The translations under genes were made by a program, and so were the position numbers. From Antedon mediterranea (Eukaryota > Animalia > Echinodermata), in the NCBI RefSeq assembly GCF_964355755.1, contig NC_092675.1:12395812-12459811 (forward strand): a stretch of DNA of 64,000 nt, read 5' to 3'. The notes under the pieces are model-generated. The model was not told where the DNA came from. It worked only from the letters and a program-made list of their open reading frames with translations, and made no database searches. Each line of letters starts with the position of its first letter. The first letter of the stretch is position 1. Positions 24,801 through 37,900 of the stretch are shown here, piece by piece.

Positions 24801-27800
24801 AGATAGATAGATCAGCGAGAGAGAGAGATAGATCAGCGAGAGAGAGATAGATAAATCAGCGAGAGAGAGATAGATCAGCGAGAAAAAGATAGATAGATCA
24901 GCGAGAGAGAGAGATAGATAGATCAGCGAGAGAGAGATAGATCAGCTAGAAAGAGATAGATAGATCAGCGAGAGAGAGATAGATACATCAGCGAGAGAGA
25001 GATAGATAGATCAGCGAGAGAGAGATAGATAGATCAGAGAGAGAGAGATAGATAGATCAGCGAGAGAGAGATAGATAGATCAGCGAGAGGGAGATAGATC
25101 AGCGAGAAAGAGATAGATCAGCCACAGAGAGATAGATCAGCCAGAGAGAGAAAGATCAGCGAGAGAGAGATAGATAGATCATCGAGAGAGAGATAGATAG
25201 ATCAGCGAGAGAGAGACAGATCAACGAGAGGGAGAAAGATCAGCGAGAGAGAGATAGATCAGCGAGAGAGAGATAGATCAGCGAGAGAGAGAGAGATAGA
25301 TCGGCGAGAGAGAGATAGATAGATCAGCGATAGAGAGAGATAGATCAGCGAGAGAGAGATAGATCAGCGAGAGAGAGATAGTTCAGCGAGAGAGAGATAG
25401 ATCAGCGAGAGAGAGAGATAGATCAGCGAGAGAGAGATAGACCAGCGAGAGAGAGATAGATCAGCGAGAGAGAGGTAGATTAGCGAAAGAGAGAGAGATA
25501 GATCAACGAGAGAAAGAGAGAGATAGATCAGCGAGAGAGAGATAGATAGATCAGCGAGAGAGAGAGAGAGAGAGATAGATAGATCAGCGAGAGAGAGATA
25601 GATAGATCAGCGAGAGAGAGATAGATCAGCGAGAGAGAGATATATAGATCAGCGAGAGAGAGATAGATAGATCAGCGAGAGAGAGATAGATCAGCGAAAG
25701 AAAGAGAGAGAGAGATAGATCAGCGAGAGAAAGAGAGAGATAGATCAGCGAGAGAGAGAGATAGATCAGCCAGGGAGAGATAGATCAGCGAGAGAGAGAA
25801 AGATCAGAGAGAGAGATAGATCAGCGAGAGAGAAATAGATCAGTGAGAGAGAGATAGATCAGCCAGAGAGAGATAGATCACCGAGAGAGCGAAAGATCAG
25901 CGAGAGAGAGATAGATAGATCAGCGAGAGAGAGATAGATAGATCAGCGAGAGAGAGATAGATCAGCGAGAGAGAGAGATAGATCAGCGAGAGAGAGATAG
26001 ATCAGCGAGAGAGAGATAGATCAGCGAGAGCGAGAGAGATAAATCAGCGAGAGAGAGATAGATCACCGAGAGAGAGATGGATAGATCAGCGAGAGAGAGA
26101 GATAGATAAGCGAGAGAGATAGATAGATCACAGAGAGAGAGATAGATCAGCGAGAGAGAGATAGATAGATCAGCGAGAGAGAGATAGATCAGCGAGAAAG
26201 AGATAGATAGATCAGCGAGAGAGAGATATATCACCGAGAGAGAGATAGATAGATCAGCGAGAGAGAGATAGATGGATCAGCGAGAGAGAGATAGATAGAT
26301 CAGCGAGAGAGAGGTAGATCAGCGAGAAAGAGATATATAGATCAGCGAGAGAGAGATAGATAGATCAGCGAGAGAGAGATAGATCAGCGAGAGAGAGATA
26401 GATAGATCAGCGAGAGGGAGATAGATCAGCGAGAAAGAGATATATAGATCAGCGAGAGAGAGATAGATAGATCAGCGAGAGAGATAGATAGATCAGCGAG
26501 AGAGATAGATCAGCGAGAGAGAGAGAGATAGACAGATCAGCGAGAGAGAGAAAGATCAGCGAGAGAGAGATAGATAGATCAGCGAGAGAGAGGTAGATTA
26601 GCGAGGGAGAGAGATAGATCAGCGAGAGAGAGATAGATAGATCAGCGAGAGAGAGATAGATAGATCAGAGAGAGAGAGAGATAGATAGATCAGCGAGAGA
26701 GAAATTGATAGATCAGCGAGAGAGAGATAGATCAGCGAGAGAGAGATAGATAGATCAGCGAGAGAGAGATAGATAGATCAGCGAGAGATAGATAATCGAG
26801 AGAGAAATTGATAGATCAGCGAGAGAGAGAGATAGATCAGCGAGAGAGAGATAGATAGATCAGCGAGAGAGAGATAGATAGATCAGCGAGAGAGAGATAG
26901 ATCAGCGAGAGAGAGAGAGAGATAGATCAGCGAGAGAGAGAGATAGATCAGCGAGAGAGAGATAGATCAGCGAGAAAGAGATAGGTCAGTGAGAGAGAGA
27001 TAGATCAGCGAGAGAGAGATAGATCAGCGAGAGAGAGATAGATCAGCGAGAGAGAGAAAGATAGATCAGCGAGAGAGAGAGAGAGATAGATCAGCGAGAG
27101 AGAGATAGATCAGCCAGAGAGAGATAGATCAGCGAGAGAGAGATAGATCAGCGAAAGAAAGATAGATCAGCGAGAGAGAGATAGATCAGCCAGAGAGAGA
27201 AAGATCAGCGAGAGAGAGAAAGATCAGAGAAAGAGAGAGATAGATCAGCGAGAGAGAGATAGATCAGCGAGAAAGAGATAGGTCAGCGAGAGAGAGATAG
27301 ATCAGCGAGAGATAGATAGATCAGCGAGAGAGAGAGATAGATTAGAGAGAGAGATAGATCAGCTAGAGAGAGATAGATCAGCGAGAGAGAGATAGATCAG
27401 CGAGAGAGAGATAGATCAACGAGAGAGAGATAGATCAGCGAGAGACAGATAGATCAGCGACAGACAGATAGATCAGCGAGAGAGAGATAGATTAGCGAGA
27501 GAGAGATAGATAGATCAGCGAGAGGGAGATAGATCAGCGAGAAAGAGATAGATAGATCAGCGAGAGAGAGATAGATAGATCAGCGAGAGAGATAGATAGA
27601 TCAGCAAGTGAGAGATAGATCAGCGAGAGAGATAGATCAGCGAGAGAGAGATAGATCAGCGAGAGAGAGATAGATAGATCAGCGATCGAGAGATAGATAG
27701 ATCAGCGATCGAGAGATAGATCAGCGAGAGAGAGATAGATAGATCAGCGAGAGAGAGATAGATAGATCAGCGAGAGAGAGATAGATAGATCAGCGAGAGA

Positions 27801-29313
27801 GAAATTGATAGATCAGCGAGAGAGAGATAGATCAGCGAGAGAGAGATAGATAGATAGGCGAGAGAGAGATAGATCAGCGAGAGAGAGATAGATAGATCAG
27901 CGAAAGAGAGATAGATCAGCGAGAGAGAGATAGATAGATCAGCGAGAGAGAGAGAGATAGATCAGCGAGAGAGAGATAGATAGATTAGCGAGAGAGAGAT
28001 AGATAGATCAGCGAGAAAGAGATAGATAGATCAGCGAAAGGGAGATAGATCAGCGAGAAAGAGATAGATCAGCCAGAGAGAGATAGATCAGCCAGAGAGA
28101 GAAAGATCAGCGAGAGAGAGATAGATAGATCAGCGAGAGAGAGAGATAGATAGATCAGCGAGAGAGAGACAGATCAACGAGAGAGAGAAAGATCAGCGAG
28201 AGAGAAATAGATCAGCGAGAGAGAGATAGATCAGCGAGAGAGAAAGATAGATAGATCAGCGAGAGAAAGATATATCAGCGAGAGAGAGATAGATCAGCGA
28301 GAGAGAGATAGATCAGCAAGAGAGAGATAGATCAGCGAGAGAGAGAGAGATAGATAAGCGAGAGAGAGATAGACCAGCGAGAGAGAGATAGATCAGCAAG
28401 AGAGAGGTAGATTAACGAGAGAGAGAGAGAGATAGATCAGCGAAAGAGAGAGATAGATCGGCGAGAGAGAGATAGATCAGCGAGAGAGAGATAGATCAGC
28501 GAGAGAGAGATAGATCAGCGAGACAGAGATAGATCAGCGAGGGAGAGATAGATCAGCGAGCGAGAGATAGATCAGCGAGAGAGAGAAAGATCAGCGAGAG
28601 AGATAGATCAGCGGGAGAGAAATAGATCAGCGAGAGAGAGATAGATCAGCGAGAGACAGAGATCAGCGAGAGAGAGATAGATCAGCGAGAGAGAGATAGA
28701 TCAGCGAGAGAGATAGATCAGCGAGAGAGAGAGAGATAGATCAGCAAGAGAGAGAGATAGATCAGCAAGAGAGAGATAGATCACCCAGAGAGAGATAGAT
28801 CAGCGAGAGAGAGAAAGATCAGAGAGAGAGATAGATCAGCGAGAGAGAGATAGATCAGCAAGAGAGAGATAGATCAGCCAGAGAGAGAAAGATCAGCGAG
28901 AGAGAGAAAGATCAGAGAGAGGGAGATAGATCAGCGAGAGAGAGATAGATCAGCGAGAGAGAGATAGGTCAGCGAGAGAGAGATAGATCAGCGAGAGATA
29001 GATAGATCAGCGAGAGAGAGAGAGATAGATCAGAGAGATAGATAGATCAGCGAGAGAGAGATAGATAGATCAGCGAAAGGGAGATAGATCAGCGAGAAAG
29101 AGATAGATCAGCCAGAGAGAGATAGATCAGCCAGAGAGAGAAAGATCAGCGAGAGAGAGATAGATAGATCAGCGAGAGAGAGATAGATAGATCAGCGAGA
29201 GAGAGACAGATCAACGAGAGAGAGAAAGATCAGCGAGAGAGAAATAGATCAGCGAGAGAGAGATAGATCAGCGAGAGAGAAAGATAGATAGATCAGCGAG
29301 AGAAAGATATATC
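3871..29313 (+). repeat. Satellite array segment 2 (about 25.4 kb), same monomer family with higher-order structure
   Basis: Continuous monomers in one orientation, with recurring ordered variant monomers (GATAAGC, GACCAGC, GGTAGATTAGC, GATCGGC, GATCACCCAG, GGTCAGC, GATCATCG, GAAATTGATAG, TAAATCAGGG, GATGGATAG). Confidence 0.98.
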
Positions 29314-29407
29314 TTTCTTTCTTTCTTTCTTGGAGATCCAAGAAACATTTATTATATATGGCCTTTGGCCCAAATAATATACAATGTAATACAATATTAA
29401 ATAAATA
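29313..29407 (-). promoter_or_regulatory. LINE 3' UTR, stem-loop, AATAAA and (AAAG)4 tail, copy 2
   Basis: Identical to 1261-1355. Confidence 0.6.
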
Positions 29408-31922
29408 TCAGTTGAGTGCGTTTAAAAATTCTGTTCTACGTTTATATGAAAAAAATAAATATTTTCCAAGTTTAACAATAAGATCAGTATTTGTGGCAGA
29501 CATAAGATAAATATATTTTAATTTAGTTGGGTTGTTTGTATAAAAGGAAAACATATATTTTGTTCTAATATCTGAATAAAATGGACAAACTAAAGTGAAA
29601 TGATATTCATCTTCAATTGATTGTAAAGCACATAATTTGCATAATCTTTCATTTCTATTTATACAATTCCATCTTCCTTTTTCAATTTCTAATTCTAAAA
29701 TTCCTAGTCGTATCTTAGTCATAATTTGTCTATGTTTGTAATTTGTTACTTTTGTTAGATATTCTTCAATCCCAAACTTATATTTAACGTGCTTGTAATA
29801 TTGGAGCTTAGAGTGTAGCCTAGTATCTTCGTAGAATTTCTGTCGTTCAATGTCTGTAAGCCTTTGTTTAAAATTTGAAATAAAAGTATATATATTATTA
29901 ACCTGTTGTGAGTACCATATGTTACCAAATCCATTTATGCATAGTATTTGTTTTACGTCATTGGCCCAACATTGCTCATTTCTTTGAGCTTTTCTATATT
30001 GAAAATCATAACATTGTTTAATAAATTTGTCATTATCCATTTGGATTACTCTAAGCCAATAACGAATTATATTAATGATAATTTGAATTTGGATAGTGAA
30101 TCTTCCACATTCTCCTCTCACTGCAACACTTGGTGCAGAATTACCTATTCCTAGAATGTATTTACAGAATCTTAGATGAACTTTCTCTAATACTGATATA
30201 TCATTTAAACCCCATATTTCGCTACCATAAAGTAAGATTGGCATAATCTTAGCATCAAATATATGGTTCCATATATTAACTTGGAGGTTACCAAAACGTC
30301 TATGGGTCAATCCTTTTAATGTGAACAAAGCCTTATTAGCTTGTTGACAATTGTATTCTTTGGCTTTATTCCAATTACCATTTGAGTTGAAAACAACTCC
30401 TAAATATTTAAAGGATTTGACAATGTCAACTGTATTTCCATTGTAATTCCATTTTTCAAATTTGTTAAGATTACCACCATTCTTAAACACCATAATATTA
30501 CTCTTGTTAACATTGACAGTTACTTCCCATCTTGTACAATAGGTAGATAACTTGTTTAAATAATATTGTAGCCCATAAACGGTATCACCAAATAACATAA
30601 GGTCATCTGCATAGAGTAAATGATTAATTTTTAGATTTCCTATTTGGATTCTATGCTCGTCGCCTTCCTCATTTAATGTTTCACTCAAATCATTAATAAA
30701 AACATTAAATAAAAAAGACGAGAGTGGCGAACCCTGTTGTATACCTATTAGACATTTGAAAGAATTACTAATATTGCCGTCGACCTTAACATGTGCTGAT
30801 AACTTATTGTACATTGAATTAATAACGTTTAACATTTTTCCTTTTACTCCTGAATTTTTTAGTTTTATGTGAAGATATTGATGTCCTACAGAGTCAAAGG
30901 CTCGTTTAAAATCAATGAAAGCAACATATACTTTCCCACGTTTTTTTCCTAGGTATTTATTAATGATTGTGTTAAGAATAAATACATTATCCGATGTTCT
31001 GAACCCCTTTCTAAAACCGGCTTGTTCCTGATGTAGAATGTTATTATCTTCTGCCCAAAATTGTAATCTTTTATTGATAATATGTAAGAAAATTTTAGCA
31101 AAAACAGGAATAAGTGATATTCCTCTATAATTCTCTGGTTGTTCTTTGTCACCTTTTTTAAATATTGGGACAATAAGGCTGGTTGCCCATTGCTGTGGAA
31201 ACTGTCCTGTATTATAAATTATATTATATAATTTTGTTATTAGATTGATTACATTTTGAGATGAGTGTATAAAAAGTTCTGGTAATAATCCATCGATTCC
31301 AGGTGATTTACCTGTTTTTTGGGATTTAATGGCATGAATTACCTCATCTACTGTAATGTCATTATTTAGGTTAGGTTCGTTTTCATTTACAGCAGGTTCA
31401 TCATTAATGATACTTTCTACATTTTGATTATCTCTATTTTCATCAATATGAAATAAGGATTCGAAATGAGTGCGCCATGTATTAATACATATGTTACTTG
31501 GAAAATTTGGTTTTGTTTGTTTTAGTTTAATCCAGAATGATTTGGAGTTTTTTTCTCCTAATGATCTAATCAATTCTGTACGTGATCTTTTAATATAGCT
31601 GTATTTCTTATTTTTTATTAATGTTTTATATTCTTTTTTTATTTCCAGGTATGCATTAAGCAATGTTTGTGTACGATTGTGTCGGAATCTATTTAAATTT
31701 CTTCGAACTTTGTTTATAAGTGCAAGACATTGATTGTCATACCATGTGTCTTTAGCTTTAGTTGTTTTATTGTTGGAATTCCTATGGATAATTCCTTTAC
31801 ATGCATATTCATACAATCTACCTACAGTTGAAACCGCTTCATCAATTAGGTTATCATTAATCAAGTTAGTTATTTCATTTTTAAGTTCATCGATTTTATT
31901 ATGCTGTATAATATATAGATAT
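29314..31922 (-). mobile_element. 5'-truncated non-LTR retrotransposon (LINE), probably RTE/RTEX group, copy 2 (duplicate of copy 1)
   Basis: Same length, truncation point, tail length, junction filler and TSD (29305-29313 and 31923-31931) as copy 1, at offset 28,052. One substitution seen (T3664 vs A31716). Confidence 0.93.
29408..31864 (-). CDS. Non-LTR retrotransposon ORF2 fragment (RT plus CCHC knuckle), copy 2
   Basis: The 818-aa translation matches copy 1 except K50I; YADD at 30602-30613; TTG pseudo-start. Confidence 0.92.
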   Translation of the reverse strand: MINDNLIDEAVSTVGRLYEYACKGIIHRNSNNKTTKAKDTWYDNQCLALINKVRRNLNRFRHNRTQTLLNAYLEIKKEYKTLIKNKKYSYIKRSRTELIRSLGEKNSKSFWIKLKQTKPNFPSNICINTWRTHFESLFHIDENRDNQNVESIINDEPAVNENEPNLNNDITVDEVIHAIKSQKTGKSPGIDGLLPELFIHSSQNVINLITKLYNIIYNTGQFPQQWATSLIVPIFKKGDKEQPENYRGISLIPVFAKIFLHIINKRLQFWAEDNNILHQEQAGFRKGFRTSDNVFILNTIINKYLGKKRGKVYVAFIDFKRAFDSVGHQYLHIKLKNSGVKGKMLNVINSMYNKLSAHVKVDGNISNSFKCLIGIQQGSPLSSFLFNVFINDLSETLNEEGDEHRIQIGNLKINHLLYADDLMLFGDTVYGLQYYLNKLSTYCTRWEVTVNVNKSNIMVFKNGGNLNKFEKWNYNGNTVDIVKSFKYLGVVFNSNGNWNKAKEYNCQQANKALFTLKGLTHRRFGNLQVNIWNHIFDAKIMPILLYGSEIWGLNDISVLEKVHLRFCKYILGIGNSAPSVAVRGECGRFTIQIQIIINIIRYWLRVIQMDNDKFIKQCYDFQYRKAQRNEQCWANDVKQILCINGFGNIWYSQQVNNIYTFISNFKQRLTDIERQKFYEDTRLHSKLQYYKHVKYKFGIEEYLTKVTNYKHRQIMTKIRLGILELEIEKGRWNCINRNERLCKLCALQSIEDEYHFTLVCPFYSDIRTKYMFSFYTNNPTKLKYIYLMSATNTDLIVKLGKYLFFSYKRRTEFLNALN

Positions 31923-34900
31923 AGATATATCAGCGAGAGAGAGATAGATCAGCGAGAGAGAGATAGATCAGCGAGAGAGAGATAGATCAGCGAGAGAGAG
32001 AGAGATAGATAAGCGAGAGAGAGATAGATCAGCGAACGAGAGAGATAGATAGATCAGCGAGAGAGAGATAGATAGATCAGCGAGAGAGAGATAGATAGAT
32101 CAGCGAGAGAGAGATAGATAGATCAGCGAGAGAGAAATTGATAGATCAGCGAGAGAGATAGATCAGCGAGAGAGAGATAGATAGATCAGCGAGAGAGAGA
32201 TAGATAGATCAGCGAGAGAGAGATAGATCAGCGAGAAAAAGATAGATAGATCAGCGAGAGAGAGATAGATAGATCAGCGAGAGAGAGATAGATAGATCAG
32301 CGAGAGAGAGATAGATCAGCGAGAGAGAGATAGATAGATCAGCGAGAGAGAGATAGATCAGCGAAAGAGAGATAGATCAGCGAGAGGGAGATAGATCAGC
32401 GAGAAAGAGATAGATCAGCCAGAGAGAGATAGATCAGCCAGAGAGAGAAAGATCAGCGAGAGAGATAGATAGATCAGCGAGAGAGAGATAGATAGATCAG
32501 CGAGAAAGAGACAGATCAACGAGAGGGAGATATATCAGCGAGAGAGAGATAGATCAGCGAGAGAGAGATAGATCAGCGAGAGAGAGATAGATCAGCGAGA
32601 GAGAGAGAGATAGATAAGCGAGAGAAAGATAGACCAGCGAGAGAGAGATAGATCAGCAAGAGAGAGGTAGATTAACGAGAGAGAGAGATAGATAGATCAG
32701 CGAAAGAGAGAGATAGATCGGCGAGAGAGAGATAGATCAGCGAGAGAGAGATAGATCAGCGAGAGAGAGATAGATCAGCGAGACAGAGATAGATCAGCGA
32801 GGGAGAGATAGATCAGCGAGCGAGAGATAGATCAGCGAGAGAGAGAAAGATCAGCGAGAGAGATAGATCAGCGGGAGAGAAATAGATCAGCGAGAGAGAT
32901 ATAGATCAGCGAGAGAGAGAGATCAGCGAGAGAGAGATAGATCAGCGAGAGAGAGATAGATCAGCGAGAGATATAGATCAGCGAGAGAGAGAGAGATAGA
33001 TCAGCAAGAGAGAGAGATAGATCAGCAAGAGAGAGATAGATCACCCAGAGAGAGATAGATCAGCGAGAGAGAGAAAGATCAGAGAGAGAGATAGATCAGC
33101 GAGAGAGAGATAGATCAGCAAGAGAGAGATAGATCAGCCAGAGAGAGAAAGATCAGCGAGAGAGAGAAAGATCAGAGAGAGAGAGATAGATCAGCGAGAG
33201 AGAGATAGATCAGCGAGAGAGAGATAGGTCAGCGAGAGAGAGATAGATCAGCGAGAGATAGATAGATCAGCGAGAGAGAGAGAGATAGATCAGAGAGAGA
33301 GATAGATCAGCGAGAGAGATAGATCATCGAGAGAGAGATAGATCAGCGAGAGAGAGATATATCAGCGAGAGAGAGATAGATCAACGAGAGAGAGATAGAT
33401 CAGCGAGAGACAGATAGATCAGCGACAGACAGATAGATCAGCGAGAGAAAGATAGATCAGCGAGAGACAGATAGATCAGCAAGAGACAGATAGATCAGCG
33501 AGAGAGAGATAGGTCAGCGAGAGAGAGATAGATAGATCAGCGAGAGAGAGATAGATCAGCGAGAGAGAGATAGATAGATCAGCGAGAGAGAGATAGATCA
33601 GCGAGAGAGAGATAGATAGATCAGCGAGAGGGAGATAGATCAGCGCGAAAAATATAGATAGATCAGCAAGAGAGAGATAGATAGATCAGCGAGAGAGATA
33701 GATAGATCAGCGAGAGAGAGATAGATCAGCGAGAGAGAGATAGACAGATCAGCGAGAGAGATAGATAAGCGAGAGAGATAGATAGATCAGCGAGAGAGAG
33801 ATAGATCAGCGAGAGAGAGATAGATCAGCGAGAGGGAGATAGATAGATCAGCGAGAGATAGATAGATAGATCAGCGAGAGAGAGATAGATAGATCAGCGA
33901 ACGAGAGATAGATCAGCGAGAGAGATATAGATAGATCAGCGAGAGAGAGAGATAGATAGATCAGTGAGAGAGAGATAGATAGATCAGCGAGAGAGAGATA
34001 GATAGATCAGCGAGAGAGAAATTGATAGATCAGCGAGAGAGAGATAGATCAGCGAGAGAGAGATAGATAGATCAGCGAGAGAGAGATAGATCAGCGAGAG
34101 AGAGATAGATCAGCGAGAGTGAGATAGATCAGCGAGAGAGAGATAGATCAGCGAGAGAGAGATAGATAGATCAGCGAGAGAGAGATAGATCAGCGAGAGA
34201 GAGATAGATAGATCAGCGAGAGGGAGATAGATCAGCGCGAAAAATATAGATAGATCAGCAAGAGAGAGATAGATAGATCAGCGAGAGAGATAGATAGATC
34301 AGCGAGAGAGAGATAGATCAGCGAGAGAGAGATAGACAGATCAGCGAGAGAGATAGATAAGCGAGAGAGATAGATAGATCAGCGAGAGAGAGATAGATCA
34401 GCGAGAGAGAGATAGATCAGCGAGAGGGAGATAGATAGATCAGCGAGAGATAGATAGATAGATCAGCGAGAGAGAGATAGATAGATCAGCGAACGAGAGA
34501 TAGATCAGCGAGAGAGATATAGATAGATCAGCGAGAGAGAGAGATAGATAGATCAGTGAGAGAGAGATAGATAGATCAGCGAGAGAGAGATAGATAGATC
34601 AGCGAGAGAGAAATTGATAGATCAGCGAGAGAGAGATAGATCAGCGAGAGAGAGATAGATAGATCAGCGAGAGAGAGATAGATAGATCAGCGAGAGAGAG
34701 ATAGATAGATCAGCGAGAGAGAGATAGATCAGCGAAAGAGAGAGAGATAGATCAGAGAGATAGAGAGATAGATCAGCGAGAGAGAGAGATAGATCAGCCA
34801 GAGAGAGATAGATCAGCGAGAGAGAGAAAGATCAGAGAGAGAGAGAGAGAGAGATAGATCAGCGAGAGATAGATAAGCGAGAGAGAAATAGATCAGCGAG

Positions 34901-37900
34901 AGAGAGATAGATCAGCCAGAGAGAGATAGATCACCGAGAGAGCGAAAGATCAGCGAGAGTGAGATAGATCAGCGAGAGAGAGATAGATCAGCGAGAGCGA
35001 GAGAGATAAATCAGGGAGAGAGAGATAGATCAGCGAGAGAGAGATGGATAGATCAGCGAGAGAGAGATAGATCAGCGAGAGAGAGATAGATCAGCGAGAG
35101 TGAGATAGATCAGCGAGAGAGAGATAGATCAGCGAGAGCGAGAGAGATAAATCAGGGAGAGAGAGATAGATCAGCGAGAGAGAGATGGATAGATCAGCGA
35201 GAGAGAGATAGATAGATCAGCGAGAGAGAGAGATAGATCAGCGAGAGAGAGATATATAAATCAGCGACAGAGAGATAGATCAGCGAGAAAGAGATAGATA
35301 GATCAGCGAGAGAGAGATAGATAGATCAGCGAGAGAGAGATAGATAGATCAGCGAGAGAGAGATAGATCAGCGAGAGAGAGAGATAGATCAGCGAGAGAG
35401 AGATAGATCAGCGAGAGAGAGATAGATCAGCGAGAGTGATATAGATCAGCGAGAGAGAGATAGATCAGCGAGAGCGAGAGAGATAAATCAGGGAGAGAGA
35501 GATAGATCAGCGAGAGAGAGATGGATAGATCAGCAAGAGAGAGATAGATAGATCAGCGAGAGAGAGATAGATCAGCGAGAGAGAGATAGATAAATCAGCG
35601 AGAGAGAGATAGATTAGCGAGAAAAAGATAGATAGATCAGCGAGAGAGAGATAGATAGATCAGCGAGAGAGAGATAGATCAGCGAGAAAGAGATAGATAC
35701 ATCAGCGAGAGAGAGATAGATACATCAGCGAGAGAGAGATAGATACATCAGCGAGAGAGAGATAGATACATCAGCGAGAGAGAGATAGATCAGCGAGAGA
35801 GAGATAGATAGATCAGAGAGAGAGAGAGATAGATAGATCAGCGAGAGAGAGATAGATAGATCAGCGAGAGAGAGATAGATCAGCAAGAGAGAGATAGATA
35901 GATCAGCGAGAGGGAGAGATAGATCAGCGAGAGAGAGATAGATCAGCGAGAGAGAGATAGATCAGCGAGAGAGAGATAGATCAGAGAGAGAGAGAGATAG
36001 ATCAGCGAGAGAGAGAGATAGACCAGTGAGAGAGAGATAGATCAGCGAGAGAGAGGTAGATTAGCGAGAGAGAGACAGATCAGCGAGAGAGAGAGATAGA
36101 TCGAGGAGAGAGAGAGATGGATAGATCAGCGAGAGAGAGATAGATAGATCAGCGAGAGAGAGATAGATAGATCAGAGAGAGAGAGATAGATAGATCAGCG
36201 AGAGAGAAATTGATAGATCAGCGAGAGAGAGGTAGATCAGCGAAAGAGAGATAGATAGATCAGCGAGAGAGAGATAGATAGATCAGCGAGAGAGAGATAG
36301 ATCAGCGAGAGAGAGAGAGAGAGAGAGATAGATCAGCGAGAGAGAGAGATAGATCAGAGAGAGAGAGAGATAGACCAGCCAGAAAGAGATAGATCAGCGA
36401 GAGAGAGAAAGATCAGAGAGAGAGATAGATCAGCGAGAGAGAAATAGATCAGCGAGAGAGAGATAGATCAGCCAGAGAGAGATAGATCACCGAGAGAGCG
36501 AAAGATCAGCGAGAGAGAGATAGATAGATCAGCGAGAGAGAGATAGATAGATCAGCGAGAGAGAGATAGATCAGTGAGAGAGAGAGATAGATCAGCGAGA
36601 GAGAGATAGATCAGCGAGAGAGAGATAGATCAGCGAGAGAGAGATAGATCAGCGAGAGCGAGAGAGATAGATCAGCGAGAGAGAGATAGATCAGCGAGAG
36701 AGAGAGATAGATCAGCAAGAGAGAGATAGATCAGCGAGAGAGAGATAGATCAGCGAGAGAGAGAGAGATAGATCAGCGAGAGAGAGATAGATCAGCGAGA
36801 GAGAGATAGATCAGCGAGAGTGAGATAGATCAGCGAGAGAGATAGATCAGCGAGAGCGAGAGAGATAAATCAGCGAGAGAGAGATAGATCAGCGAGAGAG
36901 AGATAGATCAGCGAGAGAGAGATAGATAGATCAGCGAGAGAGAGATAGATCAGCGAGGGAGAGATAGATAGATCAGCGAGAGAGAGATAGATCAGCGAGA
37001 AAGAGATAGATAGATCAGCGAGAGAGATATATCAGCGAGAGTGAGATAGATAGATCAGCGAGAGAAAGATAGATAGATCAGCGAGAGAGAGAGAAAGATA
37101 GATAAGCGAGAGAGAGATAGATCAGTGAGAGAGAGATAGATAAATTAGCGAGAGAGAGATAGATAGATCAGCGAGAGAGAGATAGATAGATCAGCGAGAG
37201 GGAGATAGATCAGCGAGAAAGAGATAGATCAGCCAGAGAGAGATAGATCAGCCAGAGAGAGAAAGATCAGCGAGAGAGAGATAGATAGATCAGCGAGAGA
37301 GAGATAGATAGATCAGCGAGAGAGAGACAGATCAACGAGAGAGAGAAAGATCAGCGAGAGAGAGATAGATCAGCGAGAGAGAGATAGATCAACGAGAGAG
37401 AGAGATAGATAGATCAGCGAGAGAGAGATATATCAGCGAGAGAGAGATAGATCAGTGAGAGAGAGATAGATCAGCGAGAGAGAGATAGATCAGCGAGAGA
37501 GAGAGAGAGATAGATAAGCGAGAGAGAGATAGACCAGCAAGAGAGAGATAGATCAGCGAGAGAGAGGTAGATTAGCGAGAGAGAGAGATAGATCAGCGAG
37601 AGAGAGAGATAGATCGGCGAGAGAGAGATAGATCAGCGAGAGAGAGATAGATCAGCGAGAGAGAGATAGATCAGCAAGACAGAGATAGATCAGCGAGGGA
37701 GAGATAGATCAGCGAGCGAGAGATAGATCAGCGAGAAAGAGATAGATCAGCGAGACAGATAGATCGGCGAGAGAGAAATAGATCAGCGAGAGAGAGATAG
37801 ATCAGCGAGAGAGAGAGATCAGCTAGAGAGAGATAGATCAGCGAGAGAGAGATAGATCAGCGAGAGAGAGATAGATCAGCGAGAGAGAGAGAGAGAGATA

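Noticed and set aside
25983-26234. 83-aa Leu/Ser-rich ORF
   Set aside because: Translation of the satellite's pyrimidine strand.
1262-31922. Two independent, site-specific insertions of a satellite-targeting retrotransposon
   Set aside because: Identical truncation point, filler, tail and kilobases of shared flanking variants indicate a single insertion that was later duplicated. Target specificity cannot be shown from one event.
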